DNA of 64,000 nucleotides from assembly GCA_963845145.1 (NCBI GenBank), contig CAWJQU010000013.1, forward strand, positions 64,001-128,000, given 5' to 3'. Shown here piece by piece: positions 1 through 10,732 of the stretch (position 1 is its first letter; each line of letters opens with the position of its first letter). A program made the position numbers and the translations under genes. Under the pieces are notes generated by a model. The model made no database searches and had not been told where the DNA came from. It was given only the letters and a program-made list of their open reading frames with translations. This DNA comes from an uncultured delta proteobacterium. Its GTDB lineage: Bacteria; Desulfobacterota; Desulfobacteria; Desulfobacterales; QNYZ01.

Positions 1-759
1 CATAACCAGAAGGGGGGGAATCAGTAAAAATGGGTTTATCGAAAATTGTGATTGGATACCGGTCAAAATTTGGTTTACGCTGTCCAATTTGGCTTCACCG
101 CCCCCACCGTAAAAAAATCCAATGACTATTTCTATGATTAGGGTGAGGCCATAGCTAAGGCCTGTCGTATAGCTCATATGTTTAATGTGCGTATAAAGGT
201 CGGTACCGACCATGGCCGGCGCCATGTTGGTGGTATCGGATAGTGGGGACATTTTATCGCCGAAATAAGCGCCGGATAGAACCGCTCCGGCAACAAGGGG
301 GAGCGGAAACCCAAGCCCTGCGCCAATGCCGATCAAGGCGATTCCGATCGTCCCGGAAGTCCCCCAGGAAGAGCCGGTTGCCAGGGAAGTGATCGAACAG
401 ATAATCAAAGTGGCCGGTAAAAAAATTTTAGGGTGGAGCACTTTCAATCCATAATAGAGCAGTGTGGGAACCACCCCGCTTAAAATCCAGACACCGATTA
501 ATATGCCGATAATGCACAAAATTACAATTGCCTGCAGGGAATTGGTAATGCCGTTCAGCATGCCGGTTTCAATATCTTTCCAGCTATATCCGGCCCGTAA
601 TCCAACTAGGGCAGCGATAAAAACACCTAGTAGTATGGGCACATGTGCGTCTGATTCGTAGCGTAAAATGGCCAGGCTAATGAAAATAATGAGCCCAAGG
701 ATCGATATCAATGCTTCCCATAGATAAGGGTCTCGCCTCTCTTTGTGCTTCGTCATCAT
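1..759 (-). CDS. nhaC: NhaC-family Na+/H+ antiporter or substrate transporter (3' end outside window)
   Basis: Not in the ORF track because it runs off the edge. Manual translation from ATG 759 (RBS AAGGAGAG) gives a hydrophobic protein with the NhaC motifs TGSSWGTSGTIGIA and SGAYFGDKMSPLSDTTN. Confidence 0.9.
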   Translation of the reverse strand, partial: MMTKHKERRDPYLWEALISILGLIIFISLAILRYESDAHVPILLGVFIAALVGLRAGYSWKDIETGMLNGITNSLQAIVILCIIGILIGVWILSGVVPTLLYYGLKVLHPKIFLPATLIICSITSLATGSSWGTSGTIGIALIGIGAGLGFPLPLVAGAVLSGAYFGDKMSPLSDTTNMAPAMVGTDLYTHIKHMSYTTGLSYGLTLIIEIVIGFFYGGGGEAKLDSVNQILTGIQSQFSINPFLLIPPLLVM

Positions 760-800
760 TCTCTCCTTTAATTATTTATAATTGGGAGCAAATCCGTATT

Positions 801-1259
801 TCAGCTGTTTTTGATCAGCAAAACTGGAACACTGGCCATGCGTGAAACTTTTTCCGCGACGGAGCCAAACATCACTTTTTGGACGGTTGTACCGGTGCCC
901 ATGATGATGAGATCGATCCCCTCGGATTCGACATAGCTTAAAATTTGTTTGTAATGGGTTCCGGACACAACGGTCGAGTTCGCGATACGAATATTCTGAA
1001 GGTGGCGTTTTATAAAGGTATCGAGTTTTTGCTGCGCCTGTACCAACACCTGATCTTCAAAATCGCTGGCAATTCGTTTGAAATCGGGTTTGGGCGGATC
1101 GGATACATAGGTGTCGACAAACCAGTCAAATCGACGTAAAACGTGAAGAAGATGGACCTCTCCGTCAAACTTCTCAGCCATGGTGACCACAAAAGGGGCG
1201 ATCTTGGGGGAGATATCCGTAAGTGCAATTGGGTAGAGAATCTTTTTAAACACTTCCAT
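801..1259 (-). CDS. Universal stress protein (UspA family)
   Basis: FKKILYPIAL N-terminus, DLIIMG and FGSVAEKVSRMASVPVLLI C-terminus. Confidence 0.9.
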   Translation of the reverse strand: MEVFKKILYPIALTDISPKIAPFVVTMAEKFDGEVHLLHVLRRFDWFVDTYVSDPPKPDFKRIASDFEDQVLVQAQQKLDTFIKRHLQNIRIANSTVVSGTHYKQILSYVESEGIDLIIMGTGTTVQKVMFGSVAEKVSRMASVPVLLIKNS

Positions 1260-1340
1260 AAGTCCTCCTTATCTTTTTAGGTTCCAGGTTTCTTTGATCT
1301 AAACGGTCATTTTTTCTTAAGACCGGTTTTTGAATACCGG

Positions 1341-2714
1341 TTAGATCACACCATACTCTTTGAGTCGACGACGGAGCGTATTTAATCCAATGTCCAGTAA
1401 TCGTGCCGCTTGAGACTTGTTAAGGCCGGCCTGCTCATAGACCTGTAGAATGTGGCGCTTCTCAATTTGGGCCAACGGTGCAACAGGGGAAAGGTTGCTT
1501 TGGCGGGCACATTTTATAATCGATTTTCGCTTCAACAGTTGATCGGGCAAATGGTCGGCGGCTATGCGTTTGCCCTGGGAGAGGTTAGCGGCGGATTGAA
1601 CAATGGATTTCAATTCGCGGATGTTTCCGGGCCATTCGTACTCCATCAGCAGGCAGACAGCCTCCGCTTCGATGCCGGTATTTTTTTTGTCATCACGGTA
1701 CGCCTTTAAAAATTGTTCTACCAGCAGAGGGATATCCTCGGTGCGATCCCTTAAAGGGGGTAAGTGGAGCCATCCCCCCCGAATACGATAGTACAGATCC
1801 TGGCGAAATGTCCCCTTTTTCATTTGGCGATCAAGGTCGGCATTGGTCGCGGCGATGAAGCGGATATCCGCTCTGCGATAACTGTCGGCCCCCACTTTGG
1901 TATATTCGCCATCTTGTAAAACACGAAGTAATTTTCCCTGCATGTCCAGCGGCATATTGCCGATCTCATCCAAAAACAGCGTTCCGCCGCTGGTATGTTC
2001 CAGGTATCCGGCGCGGTTGTTTTCGGCACCGGTAAATGCCCCCCGGGTATGCCCGAAAAACTCGGACTCGAATAGGTTGCCGGTAACGGTGGCCATATTT
2101 ACGGGCGTGAATCGCTCCGCATGTCTCGGACTGGCCATATGGATGGCATGGGCAAGAAGTTCTTTGCCGGTGCCGCTTTCACCCGTGATCAAGACAGGAA
2201 CATCGCTCCCCGCATGGAGTTCGGCCTCTTTTAAGACTCTTAAAACATTTTTGGACCGCGTGGAAATCCGTTTGAATGGTGCCGGGTTTGACAGTTGAGG
2301 CAGGATCTTTCCTTTTTCAATATCCAGAATGTCCAGAAGGCGCTTTTTTTCCAGGGTTCGCCGCATGGAAAAAACGAGATCTTCCTGAGATATTGGTTTT
2401 ACCAGGTAATCGTACGCACCTTTTTTAAGGCATTCTACGGCCACCCGCGCCTCGTTTACCGCCGTTACCATGATACACTCGGTCCTGGGGCTGGCATGCT
2501 TGATTCGCTCCAACAGTCCGAGCCCATCCATTTCCGGCATGGTCATATCAATAAGGGCGATATCAAACGGCGTATGCTTCCTTTCGACCAAGGCGGCCGC
2601 ATTCAGGGAATTGTCTTTCACGGTGACCTTGTTAAACCCGGCATCGGAAAGCTTGCTTTTTAGGATGTGCAGATAATCTTTATCATCGTCGACAATCAGA
2701 ATAACGGGTTCCAT
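1341..2714 (-). CDS. Sigma54-dependent response regulator (NtrC/AtoC type: REC-AAA+-HTH)
   Basis: Receiver domain (VDDD, D-M-x-M-P, KP), Walker A GESGTGKE, GAFTGA, LFLDEI, WPGNIREL, Fis-type HTH. Confidence 0.95.
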   Translation of the reverse strand: MEPVILIVDDDKDYLHILKSKLSDAGFNKVTVKDNSLNAAALVERKHTPFDIALIDMTMPEMDGLGLLERIKHASPRTECIMVTAVNEARVAVECLKKGAYDYLVKPISQEDLVFSMRRTLEKKRLLDILDIEKGKILPQLSNPAPFKRISTRSKNVLRVLKEAELHAGSDVPVLITGESGTGKELLAHAIHMASPRHAERFTPVNMATVTGNLFESEFFGHTRGAFTGAENNRAGYLEHTSGGTLFLDEIGNMPLDMQGKLLRVLQDGEYTKVGADSYRRADIRFIAATNADLDRQMKKGTFRQDLYYRIRGGWLHLPPLRDRTEDIPLLVEQFLKAYRDDKKNTGIEAEAVCLLMEYEWPGNIRELKSIVQSAANLSQGKRIAADHLPDQLLKRKSIIKCARQSNLSPVAPLAQIEKRHILQVYEQAGLNKSQAARLLDIGLNTLRRRLKEYGVI

Positions 2715-2763
2715 CGCATACCTTTACGCTAATGGGAGGGGAGGGCATCGGTCTAAAATGGTC

Positions 2764-2838
2764 TATGCCAAAATGGCAGAGATATCTCCATCTGCTTGGT
2801 ATTTATTATTATTCATTAACACATATGCCAGAATGGCA
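2764..2838. promoter_or_regulatory. Two palindromic candidate enhancer (UAS) sites TGCCA-N3-TGGCA
   Basis: TATGCCAAAATGGCA (2764-2778) and TATGCCAGAATGGCA (2824-2838) are 14/15 identical and 60 bp apart. They lie about 110 bp upstream of a sigma54 promoter and next to the divergent activator gene. Confidence 0.65.
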
Positions 2839-2948
2839 CAATCGGTTCATTGGTTTTTTCGTCCGACACATCACCAGGGATCGGCATTGTCCGTGATAAC
2901 TATCTGGATATATATGTAATATATTTTTTTAGAGATGGCGGGTCAGGC

Positions 2949-2964
2949 TGGTATCAATATTGCT
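2949..2964 (+). promoter_or_regulatory. Sigma54 (-24/-12) promoter of the metF-hdrL operon
   Basis: TGGTATCAATATTGCT has exact GG-N10-GC spacing and is close to the TGGCAC-N5-TTGCW consensus. Confidence 0.8.
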
Positions 2965-3068
2965 CTAACAGTCGTTAAATTTTCAAGCAAGCTAAAATCC
3001 AGCAAATAAAAGTCCAGCAAGCCCATATTAAAATTGCGGTGGATTAGAATCGTCCCGGGGGGAAACCG

Positions 3069-3941
3069 ATGAAGCTCAAACAAAAGTTAGACACAGATGC
3101 GTTTATTATTCTAGCGGAGATGGAACCACCCAAAGGGGTTGATGTATCAGCCATGGTGGCCCATGCCAAAAGGGTTAAAGGCGATGTCGATGCCTTTGTT
3201 ATACCGGAGATGAGCAATGCCGTCATGCGGATGAGTTCCCTGGGTGGGGCGATGATACTGCAGTCAATGGGGATGGAAACGGTCATGCAGGTGAATTGCC
3301 GGGACCGGAACCGGATCGCGTTGCAGGCCGACCTGTTGGCCGCAAATGGTTGCGGTATCGAGAATGTTATGGCGGTGACCGGTGAAGAACCGAGTTTTGG
3401 TGATCATCATCAGGCCCGTTCTGTTTACGACATCGACTTGCACGAGTTGCTGGGGGCCATCAACGGGTTGACTCAAGGAAGGGATATGGCCGGCATTGAA
3501 CTATCCGGCGCACCCCGGTTTCTGGCGGGAACCACGGCGAATATCGGTGCCAAGGGTAGATCCCCCGACGTCGAAATGGAGGAGATGAAGAAAAAGCGAG
3601 CGGCTGGAGCCGAATTTTTCATTACACCGCCAATCTTCGATCTTTCCGTCATTCAACCCTTTCTGACACGGATCAATCTGGAGGAGATAAAAATAATACC
3701 CACCGTTCTTTTGCTCAAATCGGTGGGTATGGCACGCTACATGTCCCGGAATGTAGACCATGTGTACATTCCCGATGCCCTGATTCAAAGGCTTCAAAAA
3801 GCCGGGGATAAAAAAAGGGAATGCGTGCAGGTTGCTTCCGATTTGGTCGGCGCTTTGAAAAAGGAGGGCTTCAGCGGTGTCTGTCTGGTCACCCTCGGCT
3901 GGGAGGAAAAGCTGCCGGAGATTCTAAAAAACGTTCGATAG
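3069..3941 (+). CDS. Methylenetetrahydrofolate reductase-like protein (divergent MetF paralogue)
   Basis: AEMEPPKG and CRDRNRIALQADLL motifs; clearly paralogous to 9711-10643 but with GE for GD and TP for TQ. Confidence 0.8.
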   Translation: MKLKQKLDTDAFIILAEMEPPKGVDVSAMVAHAKRVKGDVDAFVIPEMSNAVMRMSSLGGAMILQSMGMETVMQVNCRDRNRIALQADLLAANGCGIENVMAVTGEEPSFGDHHQARSVYDIDLHELLGAINGLTQGRDMAGIELSGAPRFLAGTTANIGAKGRSPDVEMEEMKKKRAAGAEFFITPPIFDLSVIQPFLTRINLEEIKIIPTVLLLKSVGMARYMSRNVDHVYIPDALIQRLQKAGDKKRECVQVASDLVGALKKEGFSGVCLVTLGWEEKLPEILKNVR

Positions 3942-3982
3942 TCAGTACTTAATCAATATGGGCAAATAATTTGGAGGGCCAA

Positions 3983-6900
3983 ATGCCTGGTGAAGAAGGT
4001 AAAATAGATTATGGTGCGGTTATGGTCGTGGGCGGCGGGATTGCCGGCATGCAGTCGGCTTTGGATATCGCCAACTCCGGGTATTATGTCTATCTGGTTG
4101 AAAAGTCATCCGCCATTGGTGGCTTGATGTCCCAATTGGACAAAACCTTTCCTACCAACGATTGTGCCATGTGAATTATTTCACCGAAACTGGTCGAGGT
4201 CGGCCGGCACCTGAACATCGAATTATTAACCAACACTGAGTTGCTGGAACTTGAGGGCGAACCGGGTCGGTTCACGGCCAGCATACGGCAAAAACCGCGC
4301 TATGTGGATACTGACAAATGCACGAGCTGTGGCGAATGTATTACCGTCTGCCCAATATCCATCAGTGATGACTATAACGAGGGCCTTTCCGACCGAAAGG
4401 CGATATTCAAAAGGTACCCGCAGGCGATTCCCGGCGCTTTCGCTATAGAAAAAAAGGGAACCGCTCCCTGCCGGAGTACTTGCCCGGCCCATGTCAGTGT
4501 CCAGGGGTATATCGCCCTCACCGCCCAGGGAAAATACCGTGAGGCCCTCGCTCTGTTCAAGCAGGATCACCCATTCCCAGGTGTCTGCGGGCGTGTTTGC
4601 CATCATCCCTGCGAAGGGGCTTGCACACGCACCGATGTGGATCAATCCCTATCCATTATGCATCTGCATCGCTTTATAGCCGATGTGGATCTGGCGAGCG
4701 ATGAACCCTTTTTGCCGGAAAAAAAAGCAATAAGAGACGAAAAAGTCGCTATTATCGGGGCCGGCCCCGCCGGACTGACCTGTGCATACTTTCTGGCTCT
4801 TGAAGGATATCAGGTGACCGTATTTGAAAAACTTCCGGTTCTGGGCGGCATGCTCACCGTGGGAATTCCGTCGTATCGTCTGCCCCGGGAAATAATCGAA
4901 GCGGAAATCCAGACTATCAAGGACCTGGGTGTCAAATTCAAAACCGGTGTGGATATTGGTAAAGATGTGACCATTGCAGAGCTTCGAGACGAAGGTTTTA
5001 AAGCCTTTTTTATGGGTATCGGTTCGCATGAATGCAAGGTCCTTGGTATCGAAGGTGAGGAGTTTGAAGGTGTCTATCCGGGAATCGAATTTTTACGCGA
5101 GGTGAATCTCGGCAACCGTATCTCCTTAGGCGATCGGGTTGCTGTCATCGGCGGTGGAAATGTTGCCATGGACTCGGTGCGAACGGCCCTGCGTACCGGA
5201 TCATCCAAACCTTTTATCATCTACCGTCGCAGTGAAGCTGAAATGCCGGCCAACGAAGACGAGATCGAGGAGTGCCGGGAAGAAGGCATTGAGATCATGA
5301 CCTTGACCAATCCGGTCCGTATTCTATCGGAAAACGGAAAGGTCACAGCCGTGGAATGCGTTCGAATGGAACTTGGCGAACCTGACGAGAGCGGTCGCCG
5401 GCGTCCGGTGCCGATTGGCGGTTCTGAATTCACTATCCCTGTCGATACCGTCATTCCCGCCATTGGACAGGAATCCGATTGGGACTGCCTGACGGATGAA
5501 TGCGCTTGTACGCTGAGCGACTGGGGTACCATGGAAGTTGACCCGGTATCACTTCAGTCCGAGGATCCGGATATATTCGCCGGTGGCGATGCCGTCACCG
5601 GACCGGCCACGGTCGTGGAAGCCATCGGTGCCGGAAAAGAAGCAGCGGTTTCAATAGATCGTTTTATTCGCGGTGAAAACCTGCGCGAAGGCCGGCAAAC
5701 CGACTGGCCGGCGGTTTCGGATGTCCCCACCGAAGGCATCGAAACAAAAGCCAAAACACCCATGAAGTACCTCGATCCCCAAATTCGTATCGGCAACTTC
5801 AACGAAGTTCAGCTGGGATTTATTAAAGAAGACGCCTTGCGGGAAGCGGACCGGTGTCTTGAATGCGGTATCTGCTCCGAGTGCTACCAATGCGTCGACG
5901 CCTGCCTGGCGGAAGCGGTGGTGCACGATCAGCAGGAAGTCAATAAAAAAGTAGAAGTCGGCTCGGTGGTGCTATGCCCGGGTAGTGAACCGTATGACCC
6001 CTCAGGACTGGAGGCTTTCTACCACTACCAAAGCAATCCCAATGTGTTGACCAGCCTGGAGTTTGAGCGGATTCTCAGCGCTTCTGGGCCGACGATGGGA
6101 CACATGGTCCGTCCGTCCGACGAAAAAGAACCGAAAAAAATAGCCTGGCTACAATGTATCGGCTCCCGGGATACCAACAAGTGCGGCAACAGTTATTGCA
6201 GCTCGGTTTGCTGTATGTACGCAATCAAAGACGCCATGATTGCCAAAGAACATGCCGAAGGAGATTTGGATTGCGTGATCTTCAACATGGATATTCGCAC
6301 TTTCGGTAAGGATTATGAAAAATACTATGATCGGGCCAGGGGAAAGGCCGGGGTTCGATTCGTCAAAGCCCGGATTCATACCATTGATGAAGTCAGAGAT
6401 AATAAAGATTTACGCATTCGCTATTCGGACCCATCCGGTGCGCTTCAGGAAGAATTCTTCGATATGGTCGTGTTGTCCGTTGGTTTGCAGATACCCAAAT
6501 CGGTGGTTGATCTGGCCCAAAGACTGGATATCGACATCGATGACGCCAATTTTGCGGTTACCGACCCCCTGAAACCCGTCGAAACGTCCCGACCAGGGGT
6601 CTATGCCTCAGGCGTTTTTCAGGAACCCAAGGATATTCCCAGTTCCATTATCGAAGCCAGTGCGGCCGCCTGCCTGGCCGGTAGGAACTTGAGTGACTCT
6701 CGTCACTCCCTCACGAGAAGCGTGGCACTGCCCGATGAGATTGATGTCACCGATCAGGCACCGCGAACCGGTGTGTTCGTCTGCAATTGCGGCATTAATA
6801 TCTCCGGGGTGGTTAATGTGGCTGAGGTGGAAGAGTATGCCAAAACGCTTCCCGGCGTGGTTTATTCCGGACAAAACTTGTTTACCTGTTCGGAAGATTC

Positions 6901-8428
6901 CCAGCAACAGATGAAGGAGATCATAAAAGAACACAACCTTAACAGAATTGTCGTTGCCGCCTGTACGCCCAAAACACATGAAGGTATCTTCATGGATACG
7001 CTTGAGGCTAGCGGTTTGAACAAGTACCTGTTTGAGATGGCCAATATCCGGAACCAGGGATCCTGGGTACATGCGGATCAGCCTTCCGAAGCCACGGAAA
7101 AAGCCAAATTTCTCGTGCGTATGGCCGCTGCGAGGGCATCCGTCCTATATCCTTTAACCGAGGAGATAATCCCGATCAACCAGCGTGCACTAGTGATCGG
7201 CGGCGGGGTCGCCGGGATGAATGCGGCCCTGGGGTTGGCGGATCAGGGATATGAAACGATCATCATCGAAAAAGAAAAACAGTTGGGCGGCTTGGCCAAC
7301 CGTCTGACGGCCACTATCGAAGGGGCGGACGTTGTTGACTACGTGAAAGAGCTTGTTGCCCGGGTAAACGGTCATGAAAAAATCCAGGTCCTGATGCAGT
7401 CGCTGATCGTCGGTTTTTCCGGGTTTAAGGGTAACTTTAACACGGAAGTGCTGGTGGGCCCCGGCATGTATGAAAGAAAAATCGATCATGGCGTCGTGAT
7501 TCTCGCCACCGGTGCCGATGAGTACGTGCCCAAAGAGTATCTTTACGGCGAAAACGATCATGTGGTGACCCAGCTCGAGCTATCTCATCGGCTCAAGGAA
7601 AAAGGTGCTGAAGATTTAGAACAGGTGGTAATGATTCAATGCGTGGGGTCGCGAAATGAGGAGAATCCCAATTGTTCGAGAATTTGCTGCCAAAATGCCG
7701 TCAAAAATGCTTTGCACATAAAAAAGATGAATCCGGACACACAGGTTTTTATTCTTTACCGGGATATACGCACGTATGGTCTGCTCGAAAATTACTACAC
7801 CGAGGCCCGTAAGCTAGGCGTGATGTTCTTTCGGTATGACCCTGATAATCCACCGATTACCGAGGCAGAGGATGGCGGCGTAGCCGTAACCTTTGAAGAC
7901 CACGTGCTGCAACGAAAGTTAAAAGTAACGGCGGACCTCGTGGTGCTGAGCGCCGGCATGGTAGCGGCGGACACCGAAGAGTTGGCCTCGATCGTTAAAC
8001 TGGCTCGAACGGCGGAAGGGCATTTCATGGAAGCCCATGTGAAACTGCGGCCGGTGGATATGGCAACGGAAGGGATTTTTCTCTGCGGCACGGCGCATAG
8101 CCCCAAGCTGCTTTCCGAAACCATCGCCCAGGCCTATGCCGCGGTATCAAGAGCCACGACCCTTCTATCGCAGCCGCACCTAACACTCTCGGCGGTGACC
8201 GCTACGGTAGAATCGGAGCATTGTGCCGCCTGCCTGGTTTGCGTACGTTCTTGCCCCTACAACGTACCGAAGATTAACGAAGACGGTGTCAGTGCCATAG
8301 ATGCGGCGTTGTGCCACGGTTGCGGTATCTGCGCTTCCGAGTGCCCGGCTAAGGCTATCGAACTGAACTGGTACGAAGATGACCAGATTATGTGTAAGCT
8401 CGATGCCGTGCTTGAAGAAGCGATTTGA
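3983..8428 (+). CDS. hdrL: HdrL-type heterodisulfide reductase A-like flavoprotein (two HdrA modules, GltD-like NAD(P)H module, ferredoxins); selenocysteine U64 at TGA 4172-4174
   Basis: ORFs 3971-4174 and 4241-8428 are in the same frame with no other stop. Read-through gives [24 protein letters not shown], matching the HdrA motif KTFPTxDCxxCIxxPK. Also GGGIAG, GAGPAG, GGGNVA, CIGSRD..YCSSVCC, CVGSR..CSRICC; RBS GGAGG before ATG 3983. Confidence 0.9.
4190..4207 (+). other. Bacterial SECIS-like hairpin (hdrL)
   Basis: CTGGTCG-AGGT-CGGCCGG forms a 7-bp stem with G-U pairs; the loop starts 22 nt after the TGA. Confidence 0.7.
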
Positions 8429-8531
8429 TACGGACCGGGATTAGACGTGAAACATGCCCGTCAGCCGTATCGCTTTCCGGCGAACAGCATTAACGGTCAA
8501 AGCGGTGGTTGGATTCAACAGAGGAGGAACA

Positions 8532-8963
8532 ATGTCAGATAATTTCGAACCGATCATTATCGCGTTTTGCTGCAACTACTGAGGGTATACCGCTGCGGAC
8601 CTGGCAGGTTCCATGCGCTTGCAGTATCCGACTAGTATCAAGATCATTCGGGTACCATGTACGGGTAAAGTTGATGTGTTGCATATTCTTCGATCGTTTG
8701 AAAAAGGCGCCGACGGCGTTTATGTGGTGGGATGCCTTGAGGGTGACTGCCATTTTAACAACGGTAACTTCCGGGCGCGTAAAAGGGTTGAGCAGGCGCA
8801 AGGTATATTAAATACTATTGGTATCGAGGGAGAGAGGGCTCAGATGTACAACTTATCCTCGAGCGAGGGGCCGAAATTTGCAGAATTTGCGGTTGAAATG
8901 GATGAAAAAATACGGAACCTGGGCCCGAACCCGATCAAACCGGTGAAACAGAAGGCCGCATAA
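8532..8963 (+). CDS. mvhD: MvhD (hydrogenase/Hdr [2Fe-2S] delta subunit); selenocysteine U17 at TGA 8580-8582
   Basis: RBS GAGGAGG and ATG 8532 give MSDNFEPIIIAFCCNY-U-GYTAADLAG, in frame with ORF 8613-8963 (IRVPCTGKV, GCLEGDCHF). The family motif is FxCNWCxYxxADLAG. Confidence 0.92.
8597..8612 (+). other. Bacterial SECIS-like hairpin (mvhD)
   Basis: GGACCT-GGC-AGGTTCC stem-loop with a bulged U; the G-containing loop is about 20 nt after the TGA. Confidence 0.55.
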
Positions 8964-9045
8964 TCGGGTCAGGGTTTGACAGTCCAATGCGCACTTGAAT
9001 CAATAAGGTGAGTGTTTTCAGGACCACAAAAGGAGGATATTGCCA

Positions 9046-9714
9046 ATGATTGTTGCCGACAGAAAGCCGATTGAGGAGATTATCGGCGAAATAAAAGACA
9101 AAAAAAACCTCCTCATTCTCGGTTGCAATGAGTGTGTCACGGTATGCGAGGCGGGGGGTAAAAAAGAAGTGGGGGTTCTGGCATCGGCGCTTAGAATGAA
9201 CTGTCTCAAAGAGGGCCGGGAAGTCAAGATTGATGAAATCACCCTGCAAAGACAGTGCGACCATGAATATCTAGAAGAGATTCGTGACGTGATTGACCGG
9301 TATGATGCTGTCGTCTCCCTTGCCTGCGGCGTCGGCGTTCAGTTCATGGCCGAAAAATATTTCGATTTACCCATTTTACCTGGTGTGAATACCTGCTTTA
9401 TGGGTGCAACCGAAGAGCGGGGTGTGTGGACGGAAAGGTGTCAGGGGTGCGGCCAATGCATATTGGCACGGACCGGGGGGTTATGTCCGGTTTCCCGATG
9501 TGCAAAACGGCTGTTCAACGGTCCTTGCGGGGGATCCAGTCAGGGTAAATGTGAAGTGGACAAAGATACCGCCTGTATCTGGCAATTGATCGTGGAGCAA
9601 CTCAAGGTGTTGGGACAAATGGAGAATTATGAAGCGATCAGTCCGATTAAGGACTGGTCCACCGACAGAGCCGGTGGGCCCCGAAAGGTCATCAGGGAGG
9701 ATTTAAAGCAATGA
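9046..9714 (+). CDS. metV: MetV (Cys-rich MTHFR small subunit)
   Basis: CNECVTVC, RQCD, ACGVG, CQGCGQC, CPVSRCAKRLFNGPCGG; overlaps metF by ATGA; RBS AGGAGG. Confidence 0.88.
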   Translation: MIVADRKPIEEIIGEIKDKKNLLILGCNECVTVCEAGGKKEVGVLASALRMNCLKEGREVKIDEITLQRQCDHEYLEEIRDVIDRYDAVVSLACGVGVQFMAEKYFDLPILPGVNTCFMGATEERGVWTERCQGCGQCILARTGGLCPVSRCAKRLFNGPCGGSSQGKCEVDKDTACIWQLIVEQLKVLGQMENYEAISPIKDWSTDRAGGPRKVIREDLKQ

Positions 9715-10643
9715 AAACCACTACACCGAGCAGACTTGAGAAAGTTTTGGCCGCCGGGCACCTGGCCGTGACTTCGGAGTGCGGCCCACCCCGGGGTAGC
9801 GATCCGGAAGTGATTATTAAAAAAGCCGAATTGATCAAGGACCATGTTGATGCAGTGAACATCACCGATAACCAGACGTCGGTGACCCGCATGTGCAGCC
9901 TGGCGGCCTGTATACGGCTTAAAATGATGGGGCTGGAGCCGGTTTTACAAATGGTGACCCGGGACCGTAATCGAATCGCCCTTCAGAGTGATATTCTTGG
10001 GGCGGCATCCTTTGATATCTACAACATTCTCTGCCTTTCGGGGGATCACCAAAGCTTTGGAGATTGCGCCCAAGGACAAAATGTTCATGATATCGATTCC
10101 ATGCAACTGGCGCAAACCGTTCGACGCATGCGCGATGAAGGCAAATTCTTAGGGGGCGATGACATCAAACGACCGCCGCAAATGTTCGTGGGGGCGGCCG
10201 CCAATCCCTTCGCCGATCCTTTTGAAATCCGTGTGCCCCGGTTGGCTAAAAAAATCGCTGCGGGAGCGGAATTTATCCAGACTCAGTGTATTTACAACCT
10301 CGATAAGTTTGAAGAGTGGATGAAATTGGTGGTTGATCGCGGCCTGCATGAAAAGGTGGCAATTTTAGCCGGAATGACACCCATGAAATCGGCCGGAATG
10401 GCCCGTTATATGAAAAACAGGGTGCCGGGAATGGATGTGCCCGATGAGGTCGTCAAGCGCCTGGCCGATACGCCCAAGGAAAAGCAGGCCGAAGAGGGAA
10501 TTAATATCTGCGTCGAAGCGATGCAGCGCCTTAAAGAAGTTGAAGGCGTAAGGGGATTTCATGTGATGGCCATTGAATGGGAGGAGAAAGTCCCTGACAT
10601 TGTGGAGCGCACGGGACTCTATCCCCGACCTGAGGTCAATTAA
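9711..10643 (+). CDS. metF: Methylenetetrahydrofolate reductase MetF
   Basis: SECGPPRG, NITDN, TRDRNRIALQSD, CLSGDH and FIQTQ; canonical catalytic residues intact. Confidence 0.92.
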   Translation: MKTTTPSRLEKVLAAGHLAVTSECGPPRGSDPEVIIKKAELIKDHVDAVNITDNQTSVTRMCSLAACIRLKMMGLEPVLQMVTRDRNRIALQSDILGAASFDIYNILCLSGDHQSFGDCAQGQNVHDIDSMQLAQTVRRMRDEGKFLGGDDIKRPPQMFVGAAANPFADPFEIRVPRLAKKIAAGAEFIQTQCIYNLDKFEEWMKLVVDRGLHEKVAILAGMTPMKSAGMARYMKNRVPGMDVPDEVVKRLADTPKEKQAEEGINICVEAMQRLKEVEGVRGFHVMAIEWEEKVPDIVERTGLYPRPEVN

Positions 10644-10732
10644 GCCAGGTTAACGTTAAATGCTGAGGACGATGAGCAACAAAATGATTTTAAATATGGT
10701 TTAACCGGTAACTCATTCAAGGGAGGTATCTC

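Noticed and set aside
8426..8475. Read-through of the hdrL terminal TGA (a hairpin follows) to fuse with MvhD
   Set aside because: It is not a Cys position, mvhD is in a different frame, and mvhD has its own RBS.
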